Shown here: positions 18,500 through 34,659 of the stretch, one piece after another | How the letters are laid out: each line of letters begins with the position of its first letter | Numbering within the stretch: the first letter of the stretch is position 1 | Assembly (NCBI RefSeq): GCF_009914755.1 | Contig: NC_060925.1 | Strand: one strand, 5' to 3' | Length of the DNA: 64,000 nucleotides | Source of the DNA: the human T2T-CHM13v2.0 reference genome, Homo sapiens | Position numbers and translations under genes: made by a program | The notes under the pieces: model-generated | What the model saw: only the letters and a program-made list of their open reading frames with translations | Databases searched by the model: none | Told to the model about the DNA's origin: nothing

Positions 18500-19720
18500 C
18501 ATACTCAAATTTAGTTTGCAAGACGTTGCTGAAGATAGAACGCACTGCTGATATGGCTATTGAGAGGAACACAGCCAAAGACAGCTAATTTGTCTTTTCT
18601 TGCTGCTCGAGGAAGACTTTAAAATTTGAACCTGGCAGCATAGGTTGATAAAACTGAACTGCAACATGTGCTACCCTTCAAGAAAAAGAAAGGATAGCCC
18701 AGAGGGTAGAGCCTCAGGCCCTGAGGGCAGAGGCCTGAGCCAAAGCCTTCAAGCCTGAAGGAATTTGTCCTACTGGATTTCAAAATTGCTTGGGATTAGT
18801 GATTCTTTTCTTTCCTCCTTTTTCCTCCCCGGTTAAATGGGAATGTCGATAACGGTTACCCATGCTTGTCCCACCATTGTATTTTGGAAGAAGATAACTT
18901 GTTTTCTAGTTTCACAGGTTCACAGATAGAAATTTTGCCTCATCCTGGTCCATATCCAGAGTCTCATTTATACCTGATTTAGATAATTTATATGATGATG
19001 AGATTTTGGACTTTTGAATTGAAAATATATAAATGAGAGTTGAGACTTGATTTCATGCTGCTATGGGTTGAGACTTTGAGGATGTTGGGATTGGGTTAAT
19101 GTATTTTGCAGATGGGATGGATGTGAATCCTTGGGAACCAGAGGATGGCCTGTAATAGGCTGAACAATTTAACAATGCCCCTCCTCAAAGATATCACATC
19201 CAAATTCCTGGAACCTGTAAATGTTATCTTACTTACAAGAGAAAAGGGTATTTGCAAATATAATTAAGTTAAAAATCTTAAGATGGAGAGATTTTTCTGC
19301 ATTATGTGGGTGAGCCCCAAACGCTATAATGAATGCATCGTTAAAAGAGAGAGGCAGAGGGAGATTTAACACAAAGAGAAGAGAGAAGGTGATGTGATGA
19401 CCTCAACAGAAAGAGAGAAATTTGAAGATGCTATGCTCTATCTTTGATGATGGCCAGAGGAGCCATGAGTGAAGGCGTACAAGAGGGGTCTTGCCACTGA
19501 AAAAAATAAGAAATGCCAGCATCCACCAGAAGCCAGAAGCGGCAAGGAATGGATTCTCTCCTGGAGCCTCTGAAAATGAACATGGTACTGTCACACTTCG
19601 TTTTCAGCCTACTGATAGTGATTCCCGACTGCTGACTTCTAGAACTGTGAATCAATTGCTATTATTTTAAGCCATTAACTTTGTGGTAATTTATTACAGC
19701 AGCCACAAGAAACTAATACC
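18500..19720 (+). mobile_element. MLT1-type MaLR: internal fragment plus LTR (LTR ~19151-19720, MLT1D-like)
   Basis: TGTAATAGGCTGAA...CCTGGAACCTGTAAATG...GAAACTAATAC LTR hallmarks, preceded by an MLT1-int-like 3' end. Confidence 0.7.
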
Positions 19721-20105
19721 TTTGGTTTTTCAGCGTTTCCTATTTTACTACTGTGAGGGGGCTTATAGATTGCAAATGATGGAGCAAACAGCAGTGTTTC
19801 TCAGATCACTAGAAGTCTGCAGCAATAGGCTTAGTATTCACATTATAAGATTGTTATAAAATTGTTCTAATTTTGTATTTGCCTTCCCTTTGGTTTCTAA
19901 CATCATCATTTTACATTATCTTAACTTTTTTTAAATTTCAGAGAGATCCAAACATTGGTTAAAACTTAGCTAACACTAAGGGTGCATATAGTTGAAACTG
20001 TTGGAGCTGTTTACTACAGCACTTTCTATGCCCTTCTAGTTCTGACTTCTAACCCTGATCTAGAGCCACGATGATGTATTTCCCTCACCTTCTTTGGTCA
20101 CAGAA

Positions 20106-20184
20106 GGAGGACATTTCACCCAGATCTGCGGCCTAATCACAGGCCACATTTCTGAATAGGCCACGGATCTGGGCAAAATGTCCT
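20106..20184 (-). ncRNA. MIR1295A: pre-miR-1295a hairpin (mature = reverse complement of 20116-20136, UUAGGCCGCAGAUCUGGGUGA)
   Basis: ~35-bp inverted repeat. Sequence recognised as hsa-mir-1295a. Confidence 0.88.
20117..20176 (+). ncRNA. MIR1295B: pre-miR-1295b hairpin (same DNA, sense to FMO3)
   Basis: CACCCAGATCTGCGGCCTAAT...AATAGGCCACGGATCTGGGCAA. Confidence 0.82.
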
Positions 20185-20959
20185 CTTTTCTCAGGAGCTC
20201 CCCAAACAATAAATCAGTAAATCATATGAATTTTTGCATGAAGTTTTATGAATAGTGGCTTTCTTCTGGGAATACCTCCCTTTTTTAACTTCCTCTGATT
20301 TTTTTCTGGACTATGTATCAATTTTTTTCTTTAATGTTTCTTCTCTCTTTATGCTGATTATCATCTCTTTAAACTTACCCAACTCACAGAAAGCTACAAA
20401 TTTTTGCACTTCCCCATCCCACATGCCTATAGCAGAGTCAACAAACCATGTGAGCAGCAGAAAACTCATGTCCTATTTAAAGAACACGCTGCTTTCTGAA
20501 ATGAACATGGCAACTAATCTGCCAATTAATTATTTGTCAATAATGAAACTGCAGCCACATTGGCTTTTGACGTGATTGTAATATTCCAATATTATACTAA
20601 AATTTCATGTTCTGGGAGCCCTGACAACTTTCAGTTAGATGAGCTCTAATTAGAAGTTTCTAGTGCTCAGTACTTTCCACTATGAACTAGCAACTACACA
20701 TAGAGATCTACAATCTGATCTTTCATCATGAAACTTGAGATATAAGTACCTTGATGCTTCAACAGAGCTAAACCAAGGCTCCACCTCTTCCTAATCATGC
20801 TCCAACCAGTATTTTTTTTTAACTTAATGCCTTTTATTCATTCAACAGCTTGCTTTGCAGAGCTCACAGCTGTAACAGATGTGTCCTATGGTAAGCTCTT
20901 CCACAGTAACTGTAGCCTGTTGGTCATGAGCTTCCATTTGTTGAACTCTACATTGTGAC

Positions 20960-21105
20960 TGACAAACTTGGCTGCACCTTAAAATTACCTGAAGAGCTTT
21001 TAAAACTTGCTGTCAATTAAATCAAATTCTCTGAGAGTGGGACCTAATGCTCAGTGTGTTTTTTAAAGCTCCCAGTTTATTTCAGTGTGTGGCTAAAGAA
21101 CCACA
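20960..21105. mobile_element. MER5-family hAT DNA transposon relic
   Basis: CAAACTTGGCTGCAC...TTTTTAAAGCTCCC...AGAACCAC. Confidence 0.6.
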
Positions 21106-21786
21106 ACACAATATCCTAAACTTCTCATTACTGATCATTCTTTCTTCAATGTTCTTTTTCTTTATTCATCATCACTTAACATTTCCTCTAAGGCTTTATT
21201 AGCATAGTTCTATAATTCCTTAGAGTTAAAGAAAATTCAGATATTTTTACATCATTGAAAGCTAAAACTTTGTTACTTACATAAGTGCTTAAAAGGCATG
21301 CAATGCCCATAAATTCTGTGTTAGATTCAAAATAGTTAACCTTATTTTATACATTATAGAAATTCTAAGGTTAATTTTTTAAAAATTAGGTCTTAAAATG
21401 CTTACATTTACAAATCTGATCAATAGTTGCAACCTCTTGTTACTGTTTGCTTTTATAAATTGACCATTAGATGCTTGTGCTCATGAGTTGACACATTGAA
21501 ATTATGCAAGGTTGAATTTTGAAAAATCTCTGTCACCATATTTAATGGTTCAAGGGAATGAAAGGATTCTAGTTACATAGGCCTAAAGGACATAATGAAA
21601 TTTAAAATTTGTTTCCCTTAGAAAAGATTAAGATATATTTTCTTAAAAGATATTAAGAAAGGTATTCTTCCATATCCTAAGTTCCCTTAGTAAGTTTCCA
21701 TGATTAGCATCAATTGTTGAAGTGAAGTTAATTTATGTGTGTCTTACCGAATTTACTGTGGATAAAGGATGACTCAAATAAGTATA

Positions 21787-22082
21787 CACTTGGCCATCTG
21801 TTTTTGCAAGTTCTGCATCCACAGATTCAACCCACCATTGATTTAAAAAATCCAAAAATAAAAATAAAAAATCAAAATCAAAATCAAAAAACAATACACT
21901 ACAACTATTCATTAAGCATTTACATTGCATTAGGTATTATAAGTAACCTAGAGATGATTTAAAGTATCTGTATATAGGTTATACGAAAATACTATATCAT
22001 TTTATGTAAGAGACTTGAGCATTCGTAGATTTTGGTAACCACGGAGGTCCTGGAACCTTCCATAGATACCAAGGGATGACTG
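21787..22082. mobile_element. Tigger3/MER7-type non-autonomous DNA transposon
   Basis: GCATTTACATTGCATTAGGTATTATAAGTAACCTAGAGATG core, ends GATGACTG, TA flanks. Lies 80 nt before exon 3. Confidence 0.75.
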
Positions 22083-22111
22083 TAATTACTTGGAACCAGC
22101 CCTGACCATGA

Positions 22112-22462
<351 letters not shown>

Positions 22463-22953
22463 TAACAGTGTGGCCTCTCTAACTCTAGGTTTAGAGAATT
22501 ACCTTCTTCTCAAGGATACATAGAAAATTCACAAAATTTGACCACCTACAGTTCTTAGACTAAATCACTACTAATTTAGAAATCAATACCAAAGAAATAA
22601 ATATAAAATACCTGTGAATTTGGAAATTAAAAACTCTTTTTATCTAAATAACATATAGGTCAAAGAAGAAATTTCAATGGGAATTTAAAAATATCTATAA
22701 CTGAATGTTAATTTAGTCTATGTATCAATACTTGTGGGAAACATAGGAAGCTATATTTTCATGAAAATTATAAATGTAAATGTTTATATTAGAAAATGAA
22801 AAAGTTTAAAAATAAGGTAAGAAAGTTTAAAAAAATTAGTAAAAGAAAGACAGAATAAACTCAAAGAACATAGAATGAAGGGGATATAAAATAAATTTAT
22901 AAAATGTAAAAAAGCATATGTACAAATTGAAAGTTAATTATTTGAAAGGACTA

Positions 22954-23452
<499 letters not shown>

Positions 23453-23797
23453 TTATCAAAACTCACTCAATAATAAGTAGAAAGCCTGAATTGTCATTTG
23501 ATGATTTATAGTTCTTTTGACCTAGAAATTAAAAATCTTCCCATAAAGAAAATAAACAGTTCCATGGGTGAGTACTTCCAAACTTGCAGTGAACAAGTTA
23601 TTTCAATATTTTAGAAACTTTCAGAGACTTGAAAATGAGATATGATTTCCAAAGTTATTTTATGACATTATTACCTTTACATCAAAAGCAGACAAGATAA
23701 TATGAAATAGGAAAATTACAGGCCAATCTCCTTCATGAAAATCAATGTAAAAATCCTTCAAAAATGAATCCAACAGAGTATTAAAAGAGATTAACTG

Positions 23798-24018
23798 GGT
23801 CAAATGGTATTTCTAGTCCTAGATCCCTGAGGAATCGCCACACTGACTTCCACAATGGTTGAACTAGTTTACGGTCCCACCAACAGTGTAAAAGTGTTCC
23901 TATTTCTCCACATCCTCTCCAGCACCTGTTGTTTCCTGACTTTTTAATGATCGCCATTCTAACTGGTGTGAGATGGTATCTCATGTGCCCTAAAACTTAA
24001 AGTATAATAAAAAAAAAA
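23798..24018 (+). mobile_element. Short young L1PA insertion with 5' inversion (twin priming)
   Basis: Exact TSD AAAAGAGATTAACTG at 23783-23797 and 24015-24029. Inverted ORF2 piece plus 27-nt sense 3' end plus poly(A). Confidence 0.93.
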
Positions 24019-24311
24019 GAGATTAACTGTCTTGATTGAGTTTGGCCTAAGTATGCAAGAGTATTTTAATACTAAGAAATATAAATATATATTTTACTAC
24101 AAAAACCTGTTATAGGCAGAAAACCACGTTTATTTAACAAATTCAGAATTTAAAATTCAGTTACATTAACTGAAGTTTAACACCTATTTATGCATGAAAG
24201 ATAAAAAAAGAAAATCAAAAGAAAACTCTCGCCAAACTTAGAGCAGAATTGTCTTGAACCAGCAAAACATACGCAAACATTATCTTAATCTTTATCTTAA
24301 TTTATCTTAAA

Positions 24312-24876
<565 letters not shown>

Positions 24877-26052
24877 CTAAATGATGAAAAGTTAGAAGCA
24901 TTCACTTTAAAGTTTCAGAACAAGATAAGAATTCCTAATTACTATTATCAATAGCACTTACTTCTTTTCAATAGTCTTAAGAAATTTAAGAAACAGTGCA
25001 GTAAGTAAAGAAAAATAAAGAGAATGACAACTCAAAAGAAAGTAAAACACAGTTATTGAAGATAATGTGATTCTCTATGTAGTAAATCCAAAAGAATATA
25101 TAAATTACTAGAATTCATAGCAATATAAAAAGAGTTAGGCAAGGTGGTGGTATATAAGATCAATATATAAAAATGAATTGCATTTCTGTAAACCAGCAGC
25201 AAACAGAAACCTATCCAAAAAAAAGTTGCCATATATAATAGCATAACTAATTAACTAAATTATCCCACAGTTATTCTAAACAAATTATGTATTAGGTCTT
25301 ATGAGTCCATAAGTGCTCATTTTATTATATTTCATAACTAACAAAAATGTAACATATATGTGTTTGTGTATTTTCTTATATGTATGAAATAGTACATAAT
25401 AAAGTTCTTAAGAACAATTAATACCAAATAGAGATTCTTTTTCCAATATAATCAGAAGAATTGAAAGATTTTTTTAAAACAGGGAGCACACCAACAGGCA
25501 GCCATTTAGCTGTGAACAAATATTTATCGATAATCTAGTCAAAGCTACTCAGTGTATAGTCCAAGTGACATCAGCGTCACCTAGGAGTGTGTTAGAAATT
25601 TGAATTTAATAGTTTTAACTTTAATTTAACAAATCTAATAATTTTCTGGATCACGTTTTCATATATTCTGGTTCAGTACATCTATCTTTGAGTTATCTTT
25701 AATATACTGAACCAGAACATACAGGAATGTGATCCAGAACATCATTGGCCATCAGATTTTCTAGTATATGTGATGTGCACCTCTTATAAATTATAATTGA
25801 ATTCACTGCCATATCTCCAAGGGGTGTCACTCTTGTACTCCAGAAGATACTGGTTATGCACAAGAAATCATGCAGGGACAAATAGACAGATACCATTTAG
25901 TGTTTTGATTTATTCTGAGGGAATTTTAAATTTGTAATATGTATCTTAATCATTAAATATTTTTCTTAACCCACTTTTCTTTTTTCATACTGTATCTGCC
26001 AAAACCATTTGCTAGCATAGAAAAGAGGGATTTCTTTCTGTATTTCTCTTAG

Positions 26053-26229
<177 letters not shown>

Positions 26230-26413
26230 TAAGCTGCTAGCCACATAACTGACAAAAATGAATATCTTGATAATGTCTTCTTTTTTCTAAAAGTATAAGC
26301 AGGTTAAATTAAAATATACTTCTGTTATATCTAATATGCTTGGTGTGTTAAAATAGCACATTATTGTGACTGCATCTATTCACAAGGTCGCTTCTGTTAA
26401 AGTCTTTGTTTAA

Positions 26414-26635
<222 letters not shown>

Positions 26636-26879
26636 TGACAGAAGAGTTATTATCGTTTGAAAGGTGTGATATGAAATGTGGGGGAGGAGGGAAGGGTATC
26701 TGATGTAAAGACTAAGTGGTATTTCACATAGCTGAGCTTCCCCAAGTAACAGGTGAGGTTTTAAATCACTTCATAGACAAAGGCAGAACATCAGCAAGGA
26801 GTAACTGTCATTCAACAATCTCCTTCTTCAAGACATTTGATGCCTAATATCTCGGATCAATTTCTCTAAAACTAGCACA

Positions 26880-27300
26880 GATTTAGGGTGAAGGTTATGA
26901 CTCTTAGACTCGGGCAAGTCCTTCAATCTCTCTGAGGCAGGTTTCTCAATGGTAAAACAGATAAAAATAGAACCTACTTCTGGGCTTGTTATAAAGTTAA
27001 AGCTTTTGAACAAGACTTAAGCAATACAGAGTGGCTCATTTATTCATTCATTTATGATGCAGGCACACATTTATTCAATGACTACTTATTGAGGGCCTAC
27101 TATGTGCCAGGCACTGGGTTGGGTGCTGAAGACAGTGGTGAACATAACAGGCATGATCCCTGCTCTGGAACAAGAGCTGCCACTGGAAAAAAAGGATAAA
27201 CAAGTGATTCAGGCACTAAATGCTATGATTCCAAAACTGGATGCTTCACAAAGGAGGTAGAATAGAACCAGTCCTTGAACAATAAATATAAATCATGAGA
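26880..27300. mobile_element. MIR fragment followed by an antisense L2 3' fragment
   Basis: GGGCAAGTCCTTCAATCTCTCTGAG; ATTTATT...CCTACTATGTGCCAGGCACTG. Confidence 0.6.
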
Positions 27301-27889
27301 CTGAAGAGGCGACAGAAGCTGTTCTTAGAATTGGAAATGCCACAAGCAGAGGCAAGAAGACAAGAAAATGAGCATTGTATATTTTACTATTGTAGGTTAT
27401 AGTTTCATCTTGCTGGAATGGAGGTTCTTAATGCTAACAATTTGTATGATGCATTATGGTACTCAAATACCTTCCTGTAAATGGGCTCCTTTGCTTGTGG
27501 GAAGAAAGTAGTTTTATAACAGAAAGGATAAATGAGGACCAGAAATGTCAATTGTCTTCTTGAAAGTCATTGAGAAAATTAATGTTTGAGCCACTGAAGG
27601 GTTACAGAACTGAAAGCCAAAGCTTCCGAATCCAAGGAACAGTAGTCATAGGATTGCGTTACAGGAAAGAAAGATTGGGATCAGATTATATCACATATTT
27701 TAAGGACTTGAATGACAGGATAAAATAGATTTCTGTGTAAATAAAGGTAAATCATTATTTCAGCTTCTTGGGTTTAGGAAATTTATGATGAACTCATAGT
27801 TTTCACAGATTTCTATTTGTATATGTGATTATTTGCATATGTGATAAATTAAAGGGAAGATCAATTTCAGAGGCTATTTAATTAATTGA

Positions 27890-28219
<330 letters not shown>

Positions 28220-28767
28220 TCCTTTAGTCTCTTCTTGTCTAGTTCCTCTTATAACAAATGCCTTGAAGTGATATGGCATATAAAAATTGGTTTTAAAAAA
28301 GACAAAGAAAGCCTGAAAACTACACTATTATGGATTAGCATAACAGAAGGGGAAGGAAAGGAAACTGACATTTACTGAGCACATACTATCTGCCAGGTAA
28401 CGTTAGCCATGTGACATAGTTTATCACATCGAATTAACGCTTACACAAATTTGATGAGGCAAATTCGATTCTCTCCATTTTAGGAATGAGGGAACAAGAT
28501 TAGAGAAGTTAAAGGAATTTTTTCAAATCACATCATTAATAAGTAGGAGAGCCAGCGTTTGAGCGTATGGTTTTCTGATTCCAAATTTCTCACCTTCTTT
28601 CCAGATAGTAGCAGGCATTTTGCTTTAAAATGCCTATTTTGAGATCATAATTGCTTATTTGTAGACAGCAATAGTTAGATAAGTGCTAGGGAAAACGTGA
28701 CTAGAATTCAGTTATTAGTCACCTGTAGCAGAGATTGATTAAAATATGAAAATTTGCCTGCAGCACT

Positions 28768-29376
<609 letters not shown>

Positions 29377-30109
29377 TAATGCAGAGCTAAACGTGATATG
29401 CCTGCTGGCTTTTAGTTCAGTGTCAACAACCCTTAATGTCCTGTAAGCCCAAAACAAATCAAAGTATTAGCAATCACAACTCATATATCAGAAGATAAAG
29501 AACTGCACAAATTAAGAGTGATTTCCTATTTTGCAATCCTCCTTACTATATTTACACAGCTGGAAAATTATATAATGCCTCAGGAATTAGTCCCGGGAGT
29601 AATGATAATCAAAGTTAACCTCTTTTAAGCATTTTATACATGTCAGAGATTTAGCAAGACTCTGCTAAGGCTCTGGCATATATTATTTCATTTTATCCTT
29701 ACAATTATGAAGAGAGCTCTACTAGTATCTCCATTTTAGAGATGAGATAACTGCGTTTCAGTGTAGTTAATAACTTTACTAAGGTCCCACAGCCAGGAAG
29801 TAGAAGCAGCGTTCAAAACAAACCCAGATCTGCTGATTCTAGAGCCTCTCAGTCTTGGCCACTTGCTCTACTACCTGTCACTTAATGGCAAAGTTAAGCA
29901 CATCAGGAGAACGTTTCATGTCCTACCTTTCCCTCTTCGTTTCATCACCCACCCCTTAATGGACCCCCTCTCACTAAACACATACTTACCAATGCTTGCA
30001 TCTTCAGTCTCCTTCCCATCTTCTCCTATAACGTCCTCCAAGCCAGTAACATAACAAGAAATGACTTTGACAAGAGGTGAAAAACCCAAGTTACGAGCTG
30101 TTTTCATCA

Positions 30110-31470
30110 AAGTGAATTCATTAATTTGACAAACATTTATTACACGTTTATTATATGCCACATCCTGTGTTTAGCCCTGTGGATATAGTAGTGGACAAAA
30201 CATGCAAAAATCCCTGTCCTCATGGAACCTACATTCTAAGTGGTGGGAAACAGACAAACAATAGCATAAGATCATATGGCGATGTGTGCTTTGGGGAAGA
30301 AAACAAAGCAGATAAAGGTAATGGCAAGTGCTGTCAGGACAATTTCCAATAGAGTCCTCAGAGTATGTCTCAGGGAGGAGACTTTTAAGAAAACCTCTGA
30401 AGGAGTTGAGGGAATGAGCCATGAGGGTCTCAGGGGAAGGGTATTCCAGACTGAGGACACAGCCAGGGCATTTACGGGCAGGGCTGGCATGATCAACAAA
30501 CAACAATGGGGCTTCTCTTCCTTGAGAAAAGAGAATGAGGGGAGAATGCCAGGAGATAAAACCAGAGACATAAAAATTGTTGGATGGCGTGGGCCTTGTA
30601 GATCATTGTAAGGACTCTGGCTTTTACTCTGAAAGCAATGGGAAACTACAGCAGGCATCTGAGCAAATGAATTACAAGACCTAAATTAGCATTGCAGAGA
30701 TTGATCGGCTGCTGTGGTCATCATTCAATGTAAGGGTAGGGCAAGGAAGGAAGTGAAAGGACCAGTTAAAAAGCTACTCTCAAAAACCTGAATCAGAGGG
30801 GATGTTGGTCTGGACCAAAATTGTTAGCAGTGAGTGGTCAGAATTGGGCAGATTTCTGGATAGCTTGAAGGTCGACCCAAATAGGATTTTCTGTGGACTG
30901 GATAGAGGATGAGAGAGCAAGGAGGGAGTAAGAATGTCTTCAAGATATTTGAAAAAGGATGACATTGACGTTTACTAAAATGTGAAAAACTGCAGGAGGA
31001 ACAGAAGTTCAGTTTTAGACATATTAAAGTTGGAATGCCTATTAGACATTCTGGTAGAAGAATGTTGAGCCAGCAGTGGGAAACACAAGACAGGAGGGAG
31101 GCTCAAACCAGAAGTTAAAACTCTGGAGTCATGAGAAAATTTTTCCTGAAGAAATGGAACTAGATGACATCTCTTGAAGAATGCATGTAAATGGAGGAGA
31201 CTAAAGGTCTGGGGACTGAGTCCTGAGGTATGCCATTGTCAGAAGTCAGGAAGAGGAGAAGACATCTGTGGGAGACAGAAAAAGAATAGCCAGCAAAGTA
31301 GGAAAGGAACTGAGAGAGAGTGATGACCTGGAAACAAAATGAATACAGTGTTTCAAGAAAGAGGAAACCATCAATTATGTTAAATGCTAAGTTGAGTAAA
31401 AGGGAAAGTGAGGGTGGACCACTGGATCTGGGAGCCTGATTCTGATGGCCTTGACAAGAGCAGTTTCAGC
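30110..31470 (-). mobile_element. L2 LINE relic
   Basis: ATTCATT...AAACATTTATT L2 3' end, then purine-rich L2 body. Confidence 0.7.
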
Positions 31471-32384
31471 GTGGTGATGGAGTTTGTTCTCCAGTGGAAT
31501 CTGCCTGTAGCACTCTCTCACAGCTCCCACAGCCATACAAGAACAACACTCTTTCCTTCAACTGTATTCACATTCATCCCTGGGTTCAGATTTCTCTGCT
31601 CCCACTACAGATATTATTGAATAAAAAGTAGTCCAAAGCTCTCTCTTTCCAGACTTGCAGTTGCCAAAGCCTCAAACTGGCACCCTCCCTCTGGCCTTAT
31701 TTAAATTCCTGGGTGCTCCCTCCTTCACCTGATTGGTGCCTCTGTCTGCATGGGGCTCATACTTCATCCCTCAAGAGCCCAGCTGCAGCTCTCACACCTT
31801 TGACTTTCCTCCTCCTATTTGGTCTTCTCCACAGTATGATGACCATCTTGGAGTATACTGAATTAAGAATAACAGTTAACATTTTCGAGCTCCATGCATA
31901 TGCTAGAGACTGTGCAAAACTCTTTATATCATTTAGGGAACTTCTGAGGTAGTACAAACATTACTGACATTCCAGATGAGAAATATGAGACACCAAGAAT
32001 TTAAAAAACATAATCTCATCAAGGTTCCCACTGAATAAGTAGCAACTTTAAAAATGTAAACACCGAGGTACCCTCACTTCAGAGTTTTTCCTGAAACAGG
32101 CTTTAACAGGGAACTGGGCATAAGCCTTTATTCCGGGATTTGGAAAGAGCTCCATGGAAGAGAAGGATCACAGAAAATAGAGATGGGGCCAGCAAATAAC
32201 AACTTCTCTTACTTCCCAATGTTGCCTCCCATCAATTTTGTTCTTCAGCCATATTGGAGATACTCTATGCCTCAGAAAAAAAAAATCTTGGGTCATTTTT
32301 TCCTTCCTTATCAATTTATATATGGACCAATAAAACAAGAGGGAAATATTACACTTCCAATAATTGTCTCTGTTTTCCATACAG

Positions 32385-32740
32385 AGTCCTGAGGAAAGAG
32401 CCTGTATTTAACGATGAGCTCCCAGCAAGCATTCTGTGTGGCATTGTGTCCGTAAAGCCTAACGTGAAGGAATTCACAGAGACCTCGGCCATTTTTGAGG
32501 ATGGGACCATATTTGAGGGCATTGACTGTGTAATCTTTGCAACAGGGTATAGTTTTGCCTACCCCTTCCTTGATGAGTCTATCATCAAAAGCAGAAACAA
32601 TGAGATCATTTTATTTAAAGGAGTATTTCCTCCTCTACTTGAGAAGTCAACCATAGCAGTGATTGGCTTTGTCCAGTCCCTTGGGGCTGCCATTCCCACA
32701 GTTGACCTCCAGTCCCGCTGGGCAGCACAAGTAATAAAGG
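32385..32740 (+). CDS. FMO3: FMO3 exon 7 (c.828-1183), FATGY motif
   Basis: tacag|AGTCCTG...ATAAAGG|gtaagt, 356 nt. Confidence 0.98.
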
Positions 32741-33229
32741 GTAAGTCAATAAAGAGGCTCATGGATTGCGAAGATGAATGCCAGTGACAATAACTTTGGA
32801 TCTTTGTGAAAACAATAATCCTAGTTACAAGGTCCCCTTCAGTTTTGAAAATTTATAATTCTATATTCTTTAGTGCTATATTTTGTTAGCAATTTAAAGT
32901 ATACCAGTTTGGATTATTGTATGAAATACTACAAGATATTATTAGAGGAGGCATTTTGTGACTACAACTTCTTACAGCTGATAATTACCCAAGATCATTT
33001 ATTAGACTTGAGACCACCAAAGCTCACATCCACTTAAGACTAAGTGAATGACAACTTTATAAAATTATGATTGCAAAACTCAGTAGAATTACATTGCTTG
33101 AAAAGTTCATAAGAAAATATGTTTACGAGCCAACATCCAGCCAACTTCAAATATCCACAGTCATGGAAAATATGATTGCTGGAAGGCAATGGCTTTTCTA
33201 CTATTATTTTCTTCCCTGACAAAAAAAGG

Positions 33230-33299
33230 ACAAACAGTGGATCAACAGAGGCAGAAAGTGCTAAGAACAAACAGTGGATCAATAGAGGCAGAAAGTGCT
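33230..33299. repeat. Tandem duplication, 33-bp unit, period 37
   Basis: ACAAACAGTGGATCAA(C/T)AGAGGCAGAAAGTGCT at 33230-33262 and 33267-33299. Confidence 0.95.
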
Positions 33300-34515
33300 C
33301 AGTGTAGTAGATGATCAGTCTGTAATACATAAGAATACTGAGTTCTTATATTTTACAAAGGAAACAACAAACTTGATTGGGGTCAGGCAAGAAAGGCAGG
33401 CAGCATCCCCCAGCAGCAGGCTGGAATACAGTTGTGGGGAGATGCAGATCACACGACCAGGTAGCCAGGAAGGTAATGGCATGAAATTTCACTCAGGATT
33501 CCACTTAGGGTTCAGACCCAGAGAGGCTGGCATTAAAGGAAGGGTGCTACCCTTACTCTCTATGAGGACAAGAGTTGTAACTTGGGCTCTGAAGAAAGGA
33601 AACAAGGCAATTTATGGGGAAAATTGATGTACACGGCACAGGCTCTCTTAAGGGAAATGAGACACAAGGCAAACAACCTAGATTTGGAAAACCAGAGTAC
33701 CAAGACAAGAGGGGCTAGTTACAAGCAACCCAATGGCAGTAGTCGGCAGGCTAAAAAACAGTCTCTTTCTTTTCAATCTCTTCCTCTGAAAAGCATGACA
33801 AGTTCCAAGGCCTGGAACCATACCATATCTACAAAAGCTGTTCAAGTGACCCTCCCTATAAGAAGTGTAGAAATGGGAAATTAAGCAAGCCATTGTAGGT
33901 CTTGAGTAATCATATCTGGGCTAAGAGTTTTATTCTCTTTCAAGTTGATACCAAGATTACCAAAGAAATCATCCTAAATTTGAAGTATTTCTGGACACAA
34001 AAGGCTGTTTTGGTCTGGGTTTTAGAGAACTCTGCAAACTTATGTAAACCTGGATCCTGGGGCAGCCCCAAGTCAGATCTAGTCTCCTGGGTCTCCCTTA
34101 TGTCCTTGGTGACTTGTGGACAGTCCATATCCTCAGTCATATTCAAGAACTACTGGCTTCCCATAGAAAAACTTAGCCCTTCACCAAATTCGATATCTTA
34201 TCTTCTGGAAATTCCATTTTCTGGCAAAGCAGGATTAATTTCTATGAAGATTTTTCTTCATAAATCTTGGAAAAGTGATGCCAATTCACCTCTGTTTGGC
34301 TATAATTTAAAAGACAACATTCTTAAAATATGACTGAGATTAAAATATATCTATGAAACTGTTTTGAAACATCTTGTAACCAGTTTAAGAGCAAAGCTAT
34401 TTAGGTAATGTTTTTTAATTATTATGACAAATATGAGTTCTGAGAAGACTAGAACTGAATTTGGTGTCTGTCTGAAAATGAACACCAATTAATGTAATTC
34501 ATAACTCATTATTAA

Positions 34516-34659
<144 letters not shown>

